A stretch of DNA of 64,000 bases from positions 18,458-82,457 of the IMG/VR virus record IMGVR_UViG_3300027302_000005; one strand, written 5' to 3'. Source of the DNA: a virus. Each line of letters begins with the position of its first letter. The first letter of the stretch is position 1. Shown one piece after another: positions 49,846 through 60,657 of this stretch. A program made the position numbers and the translations under genes. The notes beneath the pieces were generated by a model that was not told the origin of the DNA, made no database searches, and was given only the letters and a program-made list of their open reading frames with translations.

Positions 49846-50849
49846 AAGTTGTGTCGCTGTTCTCTGGCTGTGGTGGGAGTAGTCTGGGATATAAGATGGC
49901 TGGTATGGAGGTTATGTGTGCTGTAGAGTTTATTAAAAGTGCTGCAGATTGTTATAAGGCTAATCACCCAACAACACCCATACTGGTAAAAGATATACGC
50001 CACATACGTGGTATAGACATTCTTGATGTTGCTGACTTGCAAGTAGGAGAACTTGATATTTTAGATGGAAGCCCTCCTTGTGCATCCTTTTCCGCCGTAG
50101 GCAAAAGAGAAAAACTCTGGGGCAAGGTGAAACAATACTCTAACACTAACCAACGAGTAGACGACTTGTTCTTTGAATATATCAGGATTGTAAATGAGTT
50201 AAAACCTAAAGTTGCGATTGCAGAAAATGTAAAGGGTTTAACTCAAGGCAAGTCAAAAGTAGTTTTGCAACAAATTCTTGACGAATTTTCAAATGTAGGG
50301 TATACACCTAACTTCAAAGTAATGAAAGCGTGCGATTTCGGAGCGCCGCAGGTAAGGGAGCGTGTAATTATTGTTGCAACAAGAAATGATATTCAATGCT
50401 CACCCTTTGTGTACCCAGAACCAACTCACAAAAAGGAACAATACGTGAGTGTTAAGGATGCAATATCTGATATTGTTAATAGTGTAGAGGAGGTAGAACT
50501 GCTGCTAGATGCTGGAAAGAAATACGCTAACATGCAGAAGTGGGACGAAATACCACGCCCCGGAATGTACCACCCTGTAAGATTTAATGTAGGTAAGAAT
50601 AGGTGGGACTACCCGAGTTACACAATAACGTACAACGACTCTAAACTAAACGCTGCCGGTCTTTGTCATCCATTTGAGAAGCGTAGGCACACCGTAGGAG
50701 AGATGAAAAGACTGATGGGATTCCCTGATTCATACGTGCTTCTAGGAACTTGGCAGGAACAAGTAGAGAGGCTTGGACGTAGTGTTTGTCCTCAAGTTAT
50801 TTGCGCTGTAGCCAAGCAAGTTGAGGACATCTTAAAGGAGAAAGTCTGA
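49842..50849 (+). CDS. DNA C5-cytosine transferase, predicted carboxymethyltransferase
   Basis: FSGCGG, GSPPC, ENV, QVRER; motif X is GRSV rather than GNSV. Confidence 0.85.
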   Translation: MKVVSLFSGCGGSSLGYKMAGMEVMCAVEFIKSAADCYKANHPTTPILVKDIRHIRGIDILDVADLQVGELDILDGSPPCASFSAVGKREKLWGKVKQYSNTNQRVDDLFFEYIRIVNELKPKVAIAENVKGLTQGKSKVVLQQILDEFSNVGYTPNFKVMKACDFGAPQVRERVIIVATRNDIQCSPFVYPEPTHKKEQYVSVKDAISDIVNSVEEVELLLDAGKKYANMQKWDEIPRPGMYHPVRFNVGKNRWDYPSYTITYNDSKLNAAGLCHPFEKRRHTVGEMKRLMGFPDSYVLLGTWQEQVERLGRSVCPQVICAVAKQVEDILKEKV

Positions 50850-50983
50850 TGATAGAACACAATTGCAGTAAATGGCTGTGGATGATGGAATACTGTAAGA
50901 CAAATGGTTGGCCACCAGCAGACAGTTATTATTGGAGTAGGGCCGAAGAAGCTTATTATATTTCTGTAGGGGCAATGAAATGA
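50849..50983 (+). CDS. 44 aa Trp/Tyr-rich peptide, copy 2
   Basis: KWLWMMEYCKTNGWPPADSYYWSRAEEAYYISVG. Confidence 0.75.
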   Translation: MIEHNCSKWLWMMEYCKTNGWPPADSYYWSRAEEAYYISVGAMK

Positions 50984-52287
50984 GAAGCACCAAGACTGTA
51001 ACAACACTAAAATGTGACATCTGCTGTCAGGAAATCACTGAAGAAGATAATTGTGATTCTCTTAGCGTGATGTTATCTGGTGGTGATCGGGATGTCTCCC
51101 CAGCCTATGTTTATTACAAATTGGACAGGATTGATATTCCTTACGGTAGAAGTGGAATGACGGACATTTGTAAGAAATGTCTAATTCCACGATTGAAGAA
51201 ATGGATTAATGAAAATGACAAATAACGATAAGATTGCCGACCTTGAAGCTCACATTGAACATCTGGAAGATGTACTGAAGCGAATCGCTGACATGGCACA
51301 TGATGCTTCTGGTACTTGTGGAGAAACGTTCAAAGATGTATATTGGGACATCCGTAACTTGGCTTATGAGGAATACTGATGAGTACACTTGAGTTTACAT
51401 ACGCTGAAGTTAGAAATCTAATCCAAGGTAAGTTTGATTTCCGTAAATGTCTTGAATGTGACGGTAGAGGTTGGGTTTGGGTTGATGGAGACATTGGTGA
51501 AACTGTTGCAGGGCCACAAGAAACAGAAGATAAGCAAAGGTATTACAGAGATTGTTGTGATTTCTGTGAAGGGCTTGGTGGATATTTAAAGGTGGATGAC
51601 AGATAATGCAACAATTCTCTTGTGGCCATTGGGCTACAGATATTGACGACAACGGCATTTTAGTAGCCCTGAAGGCACATGATGTAGATGAAGTGAATGG
51701 TGGGTATGTCAATGCTATCCACTACGCTACATATTGTACTGATTGTTATAATTATGCTGACAAGATGGGGCATGTGTTACATACAGATGAAGAAGAGATG
51801 GCTTGGATACGAGGAGAACATTGAAAATGAAACCAATAGTTGATGACGTAATCAAGCAATATAACATCCGCTTGTACAACGGAAGCTGGTATGTTACGGA
51901 AAAACAATTGCGGAAAGTGCTTGAAGAAATGATTGAAGATGTGTATATTGAAGGAAAGATTGATAGTGAAGAGGATGTGCAATGAGTAGCCATGAAATTG
52001 ATACAATTGTCCTTGGTGTTCCTTGTACAATTCAATATGATTATCAGCCGTATGAAGCCCCTGAACGTGGGCCTGAAGCACAATATCCCGGATGTCCAGA
52101 ATCTGTGTATATTGTAGATGTGCTTGTCGGTGACATCAGCGTTTGGGATTGGTTCGATGGCGATGATAATATGATGGAGTGTTTGGAAGATGTTGTGTAT
52201 GAATACAGGATAAATCAGTGCAAACAAGCATTGGAAGATAAGGCTGAATCACGGCAATCTGATTGGGAAGATGGGTGGATGGATTAG
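50980..52287 (+). other. run of small hypothetical CDS (50980-51225, 51379-51606, 51606-51824, ~51827-51985, 51982-52287), several with CxxC pairs
   Basis: Tiled ORFs; DnaJ-like CxxCxG pattern in 51379-51606. Confidence 0.65.
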
Positions 52288-52290
52288 TTG

Positions 52291-52318
52291 TTGACATGAG
52301 CAACAAACGTGGTACACT
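52291..52318 (+). promoter_or_regulatory. sigma70-type promoter
   Basis: TTGACA-N16-TACACT with extended TG. Confidence 0.7.
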
Positions 52319-52453
52319 TAGTCCATGAACAAAGGACAGAACCAAGGACAGCACTAGGAACCAAGGAATGAGGCGCTAGATCGGTACATTTTACAAATGT
52401 TCCCAGAGCCTGACTGGATAACAGGCAACTTTATCTCTTGAGAGAATGTACCA

Positions 52454-53612
52454 ATGACTGAATATGTTGACACACTTCTATATCAAAATCAGCAGCTTCT
52501 TGTAGCGGCTGCTGTAAGTCTTAAAAAGCATGAAGCTACGAACTTCCCTAAGCATGTTATCACTAAATGGGTGTGTCAGGATGTGGAATATGCTTCATTA
52601 TTGAATTGCATCTGTAACATTGGTATTTTCACATACTATCCAATTATTGATATTGTAAATCTCGATCTTTGGTTAGAAGAAATTACTACAAACGATGCAG
52701 CAGACATTCACGACTCTATCATTAGACAACTAAACAACAACCGGAGAAACAAATGAACACACTCACTATTGAACAACCTGACATTGTAGCTTTTACAATG
52801 GCAATCCAACAAGCTATTCTTGAGGGTTATCGCCTATCAGAAGTGTCTGACTACGCTCCACAGAACATTGGATTTGTTTATGTAACCACAATGTTTAAGG
52901 AAGAAACCCAAAACATGCCGATTGGTAATTTGACATTGGGTGTGTCTGTAAATGTTGAACAAGCAGTTGAACAACTCAAGGAGCTTGAAGAAAAAGTAGG
53001 TGACATGTTGGAGCGTGATGAAAAGTTCCAGATTGAAGCTGAAAAGATTGTTGCTCAGGCTATGACGGTTGAGCCAGCTATTGTAGCGCCAAAACAAACA
53101 CAACGTCGCAATACACGAGGAGGGAAGCAGTAATGGCTTACAAAAGTGTTAAGTTTTCTTTAGAGATTACAGTTGGTACACTCAACGAAGAGATTCAAAC
53201 AAAAGAAATGGTTGATGAGCTTAGTAAAGCACTGGCTGGAGGTATTGGACAGTTTGCAAAAGATATGGCGACTGGAACTGATGGTCAAGTTATTGGCTCA
53301 GTGAAGATTCTTGAACAATCTGAAGATTGGGAATAAATTATGCCACACATCCTTGATGACGAGATTACACAAGCTCTTGTATCCGTAGGAGAAATCCTTC
53401 GTTCTCAACACTCATGGAGCATTGAAGGGGATATGACAACACCCACCTCTCCTACTGGAACATTCGTATCCGTCCTCAAGGAACATTTAGCTTTCTTGCT
53501 GGATGAAAACATTATAAAGCTCTTGTTGAATGCAAAAGCTGATGCTATGATGGCTGAAGCAATAGCATTGAAGAAGATTGCTTGCCCTGAATGGTTGGAT
53601 GAAGCAGACTAG
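52454..53612 (+). other. run of hypothetical CDS (52454-52756, 52753-53133, 53133-53336, 53340-53612)
   Basis: Tiled, coupled ORFs. Confidence 0.65.
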
Positions 53613-53620
53613 GAGAAGAA

Positions 53621-53908
53621 ATGATTACATACACAACATACATCAACTGGCTTGTACAAGCTTACAAATACTATTTCCTAGATGATGCTGATTGGCCCGA
53701 TAGCGAGTGGGATTATTGGTCTAGGATGTTCAAGGCTAATTGTTTGGAACTAGATGAAAAGCAGTTTGCTGTTATTCACAGAGAAGAGTTTACTGGAGCA
53801 AGTTTGTTTTGGTTGAGGAAGGATGAATATCCCTCTGAAGTATTGGATATAATCTCAATCTCGAAAGTGATAAAAAACTATCAACAATCAGTGAAGGAAA
53901 CCCTATGA
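53621..53908 (+). CDS. protein resembling NAD-dependent DNA ligase domain Ia
   Basis: YKYYFLDDADWPDSEWD resembles LigA YY..D.P...D.EYD. Confidence 0.5.
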   Translation: MITYTTYINWLVQAYKYYFLDDADWPDSEWDYWSRMFKANCLELDEKQFAVIHREEFTGASLFWLRKDEYPSEVLDIISISKVIKNYQQSVKETL

Positions 53909-54669
53909 GCAACAACGCAAGACGTTACACACAGAAAGTGAAGCCCCAGAACGGTCAATCACGACAACAGAAGGGGGAACAGGGGATTGCTCAGGACAAT
54001 ATGAGCCAGTCTCAAGACTTCAACCTTAGCTGGTTCAAGCCTACACCAACACAACAACAGATTGTCCGTAGTATTCAGTACAACCTACTGACAGCCGTAC
54101 AAGCCTCAAGCGGATGTGGGAAGAGTACAACAGCTATCTGGACAGCTTTGAAACTATTGAAAGAAGGGCAATATAAGAACATCGTGTTTGTGAAGTCTGC
54201 TGCTGAATATGGTGACGATCAGATCGGTTTCTTAACTGGCGACCAGAATACGAAGCTTCAGGCACATTTTGAAGTGATGCGAAGTATCTTCCACGACTTC
54301 ATGTCTCCTACAAAGCTAGAATACGAAGAGAAGCGTAAGCGTATTACATTCACTGTGCCTAACTTCATTGCTGGTAAGACATTCTACGACAGTATTATCA
54401 TTATTGATGAAGCACAAACATTGTCTCCGATGACAATGAAGATGCTACTGGAACGTGCTTCTGACACCAGTAAGTTTGTTGTACTTGGGGACAAGAAACA
54501 GACCTACGCTCATCGTAAGCGTGTAGACGGCTTTACTGATTTTGTTTCCAAAATCGTAGATAAAAATGGGTGCTGCTTGGAAGAGGACATGAATGTTATT
54601 TATATGACTTCAGATGACAATATGCGTGGAAAGCTGAGCAAGCGCGTTCTTGAAATTTATGGGGGATGA
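53905..54669 (+). CDS. phoH: PhoH-like ATPase
   Basis: ASSGCGKS, IGFLTGD, GKTF, IIDEAQ, LGDKKQ. Confidence 0.9.
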   Translation: MSNNARRYTQKVKPQNGQSRQQKGEQGIAQDNMSQSQDFNLSWFKPTPTQQQIVRSIQYNLLTAVQASSGCGKSTTAIWTALKLLKEGQYKNIVFVKSAAEYGDDQIGFLTGDQNTKLQAHFEVMRSIFHDFMSPTKLEYEEKRKRITFTVPNFIAGKTFYDSIIIIDEAQTLSPMTMKMLLERASDTSKFVVLGDKKQTYAHRKRVDGFTDFVSKIVDKNGCCLEEDMNVIYMTSDDNMRGKLSKRVLEIYGG

Positions 54670-54670
54670 T

Positions 54671-55393
54671 ATGTACACAACTATTAAGACTACAAAGCAC
54701 TATTCCCCGTCTCGTAAAATGGGAAGTGAGATTGGTAATGGATACGTAAACCCGTTTGTTGTCTCTGCCGAACAACAAATCAGCATGAAGTTTAAGTGCC
54801 GACTGTACGGCGAGTACACAAGTAGTGAAGATTTCATTCATACACTTGAAGTGCTGGAACAGGCAGAAGAAAATGACCTCGTAGAGCTTCATATCTGTGG
54901 CCCCGGTGGAAGTTTGGATGCTGTTGTAACATTGCTACATGCTATGGATAAGTGTAAGTGTCCTGTTCATGTTTGTGCTACAGGAAATCTTAGCAGTGCT
55001 GCTACATTGCCAATCTTGTCAGCAAGCAGCTACGAGTTACACCAGTATACTGACTTCATGTTCCATTCTGCCAGTTTTGGTGTACCATATCAGAAGACAC
55101 ACGACGCATTTGACCAAGTTGTTCACAACAAAAAGCATTGCGAATATGTCTTGCGAGATGCCTATGAGTTTTTCTTTACGGAAGACGAGCTTGATGCTAT
55201 GATGAACGGGAAGACATTCTGGATGGATGCAGAAGAGTTTACCGAACGTTACGAAAAGAGAAATGAACTGATGGAAGCTGAAATGAACAAGATTCGAGAA
55301 TCTTTGAAAGAACAAGGTTCTGATGGAAAACATGACCAAATAAAACAACGCAACGTTGTAAAACTTGAAGATATTGTCTATCCTGAAGACTAG
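54671..55393 (+). CDS. ClpP-like protease
   Basis: ICGPGGS, SSAAT, FMFHS, FWMDAEE. Confidence 0.8.
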   Translation: MYTTIKTTKHYSPSRKMGSEIGNGYVNPFVVSAEQQISMKFKCRLYGEYTSSEDFIHTLEVLEQAEENDLVELHICGPGGSLDAVVTLLHAMDKCKCPVHVCATGNLSSAATLPILSASSYELHQYTDFMFHSASFGVPYQKTHDAFDQVVHNKKHCEYVLRDAYEFFFTEDELDAMMNGKTFWMDAEEFTERYEKRNELMEAEMNKIRESLKEQGSDGKHDQIKQRNVVKLEDIVYPED

Positions 55394-55430
55394 CACAGAC
55401 AAGCCAAGGACGGCTTCATTACTGGAGAAT

Positions 55431-57015
55431 GATATGGGTATGTATTACTGGGCTGAAATTGTTGTTGGACTTCCCTATGACGAAGTTGATGAGGAAGTTA
55501 AAGAAAAAGTGATGGATGAGCAATATCATCCTGTTCAAGACCTCTCCCCTTATTACGATGGCGGTGGAGAAGGGCTGTTCGGTATTTCAATTCGTTGTAG
55601 TGGGGATTATTCTTGGACAGAGATTGAAGATTTGGGTGATTTGGATTGTGATATTGAATCAGCTAAACGAGACTTCACTAACCTGACGGGGCTGAAGCCG
55701 CGAGTGTATCTAACAACACGAGGAGGCTAGTATGTTGCATACGTCTTTCACATCAATCAAAGGAATGCTTGAATATAATCAAGCTATCATGTGTGCTTTA
55801 GAAGCCTTATGGGAATATGAAGCTGACAAATGGAACAATTGTGAACAAACAAAGGACAAGCTCTGTGACCCGGCATTCTACAACACGCAATACGACGAAG
55901 AATTGCAGATGTTCATCATTCCTTGTTGGTTGTCTTGTGAAATCAATTATGGAGAGGATGGGTGGGCAGACAACGACCCCTACGTCCCATACACAATTGA
56001 AATCCCTGTGCAAGATGTTGAACAATACCTGAAAGAGAATTATGGATATGAGTGAGAAGTTGAGTTTCATCTACCACGACTATGCTGAAGACGATGTGTT
56101 TATTGAAGTGATTAGGAATAGCAACAAATACACAATCGGAAGCATCTCCCCTTCTGTGACAGGAGAACGCCTGTTGTTCACACCTGCTGATGGTGTTTGC
56201 TTCTCTTTAGAAGAGCTTTCAGAAATAGCGTGTAAGATGAGAGGGAAGGGATGTGAACATTCAGTTTGTTGAGCAAGACTTAGGTAGTAGATTCTGCTAT
56301 GGTGTATGGACTGGCCAACAGTACCGTATTGGTGAGATTGTCTTTGACGTTTCATGCGGATGGGTGTATGTTACAGAGGGGGAGAATAACGGATACTTCA
56401 CCTCGCCATTCATGCGGGCCATAGCTGATAAGCTGGATGAACTGAATGCTAAATTGTTTGAGGAAATGAAATGACCAAACCAATTGAAACAATCACCCTA
56501 TCTTTTGATGAATACCAGCAAGCAAAGGAAGAAAAGAAAATCCTTAGCAAGTATTTCTATGTGAATTGCTTGGGACAATATGTATTCATCAAGACACGTA
56601 GTAGGGCAGCAGCACAAGCGTACATTGACGAGGAGTGTGGCAAGGGGAAGTATACGGTGAGGACGTATAGTCAGGATGGCGCTGCTTCTGGTGATGCAAC
56701 GTGCCGTGCAAGTGCCACACGTAAGGGTCAACACGTAGCTAACACATCCTTTGGGATTCCACACACACTACGATAGAGGAAGAAAGTATGTCTAAATACA
56801 CGTATTACCGAAAACACAAGCTGAATGGCAAGAAGACAGATATTACAGACGAAATCAATGGGATGATGAACATCAATGAATATCTGTTGGCTATGACACC
56901 GAAGCTAACAAAGCTGATTGATGAATTACATGACACTGTTACAGATGGAAGTTTGACAGATCAGGATATTGTGTTCAAGATTAAACATCTGTTCAGGGAA
57001 TTTGAACAAGAATAA
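55431..57015 (+). other. run of hypothetical CDS (~55431-55730, 55732-56055, 56042-56272, 56253-56474, 56471-56776, 56788-57015)
   Basis: Tiled ORFs with RBSs. Confidence 0.65.
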
Positions 57016-57083
57016 TTTCTCACATCCGCTACATCCAGCGTATTTATACGCCCTCCTTCATAAAATAAAAGCACGCACTGTTG

Positions 57084-57113
57084 TTGACAACAATAAAACG
57101 TGTGTGCTACATT
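57084..57113 (+). promoter_or_regulatory. sigma70-type promoter
   Basis: TTGACA-N18-TACATT with extended TG. Confidence 0.65.
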
Positions 57114-57176
57114 CCCTTCTGTAAGTTCAACAAACGATTGCTATATAGCCGTCACACCTGCGTAGGAAAACACAAC

Positions 57177-58472
57177 ATGACTGAATCTGTAATACAATTG
57201 CAACGACAGCTTGCACGAGCGAATGAGAGGGGTGGGAGAGTGGAACGGCAGCGGGATGAACTGCTGGCAGCACTACGGGCAATGGCGCTAGCTGATAGCT
57301 GTGGTGAAATAACTCCTGAAATAATGATTCAGGCATCCGATGCCATCGCCAACGCGGAGAAAACTAAATGACAACATACGTTCTAGCATTGCTTCTATCC
57401 TCTCTGTACGTCTGGGGAATAGTAGCAAGTGATACATATCTTACAATGAATACGACGTTGGAACGAACTCCTATATTAATGGCTTCATTCCTGTGGCCTA
57501 TAGCTGTAGCAATAGCTATTGTACGAATTGTAATATATTTTGTGTTTAGGAAAGAGAAACAACATGACTAATCGAAACATCTCTGAAATTATCAAGAATG
57601 CTGAGTTGTTGTCAGAACAGATGGAAGCATTGGAACAACAGAACGATGACCTACAGGGTATGCTCAATATAGCTATTTGTATGTTGTGTTCTAACAAAGC
57701 TACACTGAAGAACAGGTTGAATGCTGACAATAAGTACGTATATTGGCTCGATGTGGAGTCTCTGGATCGAGAGATTGCTGGGAGCTTTGGTGAATACGAC
57801 AGTCCGTATCAAGCTGTGTATGGGGCTATTACGGAATATCTTGATATGGTTGAAAGGGGAGAAGTATGAGTAGCAAATTCCACTTCTTCCGTATGAATGG
57901 TAAATGGTGGTGTAGCAGCCCTTATAATTCGTCGACTCTTGAGTGTTCCGTCTTAGCTTTTGGCAATACTAGAGAGGAGGCATATTCAATGTTGATTGAA
58001 AAGATGGGATGTGTGTCATTTACACCGCCACCCTCATCTCCAAGAGCGAGACAACTGAATAAACAGTGGGAAGAGGCTGAACAGCGTCAGCGTTATGGTA
58101 CGCATCGTCCTTGGTCTTCTCTGGATTGTGCTGCACGTAATGGTGGATGTGGGGGGGTGTGAAATGTATAGATATACGACAGAGCAACAGCTTCGCAATG
58201 AAATATCAGTTGTGTGGAGTGGGTTGAAGGGTGCGGAAGCATATTCAGATATGCTACTAGGTATTATCAAGGACATCTACGACTTGTATGTTCACGTTGG
58301 TATTCCATCAGGTGTCTGTATGTGTGGCGACAGCATGAATGGTCATGCTTCTCCTCTCACATGCGGACACTCTCCTTGTGATTCTGGAGAGTATTATATG
58401 GAGAGCTTGATACGAGAAAAAGTGGAACCACTGTTGACTAAGCATGACTTGATGGAAGCAAATAAGCCGTAA
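57177..58472 (+). other. run of hypothetical CDS (57177-57371, 57368-57571 membrane, ~57564-57869, 57866-58162, ~58164-58472)
   Basis: Tiled, ATGA-coupled ORFs. Confidence 0.65.
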
Positions 58473-58497
58473 CATCTAAAACAATTGTTTAATTTAT

Positions 58498-58535
58498 AAA
58501 GCCAGCATGTAATGTGTTTGGCTTTTTTTTTTTTT
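58498..58535 (+). terminator. intrinsic terminator
   Basis: AAAGCCA...TGGCTTT hairpin plus long T tract. Confidence 0.7.
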
Positions 58536-58548
58536 ATTGGAAAAGTAA

Positions 58549-58777
58549 TATGACATACAATGTATTGGAAGAACGTAACAAATGGAAATATCAGCTTGAG
58601 GAAGGGACATTCGATCTAAGTCAATTGTATTGGTTGAATGAATATAAGGCCAATAGGGAGGAAGAAGCAGGACGGACAGATTTTAGGATGAACAGGCAAA
58701 TAGAGATGATGTGTGAGTATATTATGTGGTTGGAGAAGCGAATTGAAGACGTGAGATTTAATGGAGACGCTGTATGA
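58549..58777 (+). CDS. hypothetical protein
   Basis: MTYNVLEE, coupled to HNH gene. Confidence 0.6.
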
Positions 58778-60003
58778 CTTATTGTACATGGAGAGATATT
58801 GAAGGGTGGAACAATCGTTATATGGTGAGTGATAGCGGCAGGGTTTGGGATAAGAAGCACTGGAAGGATGTTAGTGTTTTAAAGTCAGGTCTCAAAGGAA
58901 ATGACTATTACTACGTAAATCTTAGCGATGATTCTACTGGAAAGAGGAAACTTGTCAGAGTGCATAGACTTATGGCTGAGGCGTTCCTTCCTAGAACCCC
59001 CGAAGAAAGAGAAACAAAGAATATTGTAGACCATATCGACCGAGATAGGTTCAATAATCACATCTCTAATCTAAGATGGGTGTGCCGTAAAGGGAATCAA
59101 CGTAACACTAAGCGAACCAGATATAACGAAGCTGGTGTACCTTTAGCGGAAGTGATTGAGAGGAAGTTTGGTTCTGTACAACCTCACCTTGGAAATATAT
59201 ACAGCAGAGTGAATAACGGTTTGTGTCTTGAAGATGCGTTATTTGAATATGAATACAAACTGGAAACAGGGGAGGATTATTCAAAATGGCTATCCTACAT
59301 CGAACAGAAATATGAGTGCTATGGAACCAAAATATCAATGCAAGAACTTGTTGAAGAGAAGGGTTTGGTAGAAGAGGATGTTGTTACCAAAACTAGAAGT
59401 GGGTGGACTGTTGAAGAAATAATGAGTGGTCATAAATGGTATGACGGAAAGTATAGCTTTGTCACAACCAACTCATCTTGTACTGGTACTTGGTGGCCAA
59501 CAAAGGCTAGGTGCATGTCTGCCATGAAGATTGGTGACGGGATATGGGACAGGGCAGCTACTGATGCTGACGGTAGATTAGACATCCTTGCAGCTAAGAA
59601 AGAGGTGGAGAATCTTTATAAAAAGGAATGGGTGATTAACGGAATTACTTATTTCGATAGTTTTGAAGGGTTGTGCAGAAAGTTTAATAAAGATTACAGT
59701 GCAGTCAATACTAGGAGGATGCGCCAAGGAATGACTTTGGAAGAGGCTCTTACGACAGAACCTAAACGTATTAATTACTACATACTGGATGGGGAGATAA
59801 GATTACCAAGTGGTGAAACACTGACTTTTGTTAATGAAAAAGTGAAACCAATTCACTTAATGCAGAAACTAAACCTATCTAGTAGGTATTTCAATGGTAA
59901 GAATAAACAAAATAGAGAGGAAATTGGCTGTGCAGTAAAAGCTCTAATTGAGACACTGAATTACTTTGATGCAGATACATCCAACCTTTCTGTAGCGTTG
60001 TAA
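58774..60003 (+). CDS. NUMOD4-HNH homing endonuclease with repeated C-terminal modules
   Basis: WRDIEGW..RYMVSDSGRV, VHRLMAEAF, VDHIDRDRFNNHISNLRW. Confidence 0.88.
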   Translation: MTYCTWRDIEGWNNRYMVSDSGRVWDKKHWKDVSVLKSGLKGNDYYYVNLSDDSTGKRKLVRVHRLMAEAFLPRTPEERETKNIVDHIDRDRFNNHISNLRWVCRKGNQRNTKRTRYNEAGVPLAEVIERKFGSVQPHLGNIYSRVNNGLCLEDALFEYEYKLETGEDYSKWLSYIEQKYECYGTKISMQELVEEKGLVEEDVVTKTRSGWTVEEIMSGHKWYDGKYSFVTTNSSCTGTWWPTKARCMSAMKIGDGIWDRAATDADGRLDILAAKKEVENLYKKEWVINGITYFDSFEGLCRKFNKDYSAVNTRRMRQGMTLEEALTTEPKRINYYILDGEIRLPSGETLTFVNEKVKPIHLMQKLNLSSRYFNGKNKQNREEIGCAVKALIETLNYFDADTSNLSVAL

Positions 60004-60032
60004 TTATTTAATAAATTAATATGCTCGCTTAT

Positions 60033-60070
60033 GAATCCTCTTACACTTTTTGTACGGGGATTTTTTTTTT
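60033..60070 (+). terminator. intrinsic terminator
   Basis: AATCCTC...GGGGATT hairpin plus T10. Confidence 0.7.
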
Positions 60071-60459
60071 GTAGAAAATAATGAAGATAATTTGTAATTC
60101 ACTAGGGATGTCTGGTGAAATATATCTTGATTGGTATTTCAAAATCTCAAAAAGTAGCTGTATGCGTTAAGTGAAGTCCAGCCCCACCCCTAGAAAAAGC
60201 CCTATCTTTGCCGTATATCTAACCCCGTTTTGAATGTCACATAACGGTTATTATGTTAAGTACCATTTCAAAGTGTTTCAATTGCAGGTTTTACCGCTTG
60301 GCGATGCCTTTGTTGGTCGATCTTACACCCTGATTGCAAGGATAACCCGTCTCGTGATTCTTGTGGGGAGGATGCCGATTGATGAACGGATGCCGACTAT
60401 GGACACATACACGATACGTGATTACTCCTATATAGGGTGCCAGTTTAACAAATAATTGG

Positions 60460-60650
60460 TTTTGATAGTCTTTGACAATAGCAAATAAGAATCTACTCAC
60501 ACTTTGACAATAATCGAACAATCGAATTGACATGCTCCTGACAATACCCAGCCAATGCAATTGACAATACTTTGACACTCTTAAAACTATTCGACAATCA
60601 TCAAACAATTCGATACTGATAACACTATTCGACACTTATCAAACAATAAA
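60460..60650. repeat. degenerate TT(C)GACA(A) repeat array
   Basis: Many TTGACA / TTCGACA / TCAAACAA units within about 190 bp. Confidence 0.6.
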
Positions 60651-60657
60651 ACCTTAT

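Noticed and set aside
58514-58548. MFGFFFFYW N-terminal extension
   Set aside because: This is the terminator T tract; the likely start is 58549
60460-60650. CRISPR array
   Set aside because: Units are short, degenerate and irregularly spaced; no cas genes
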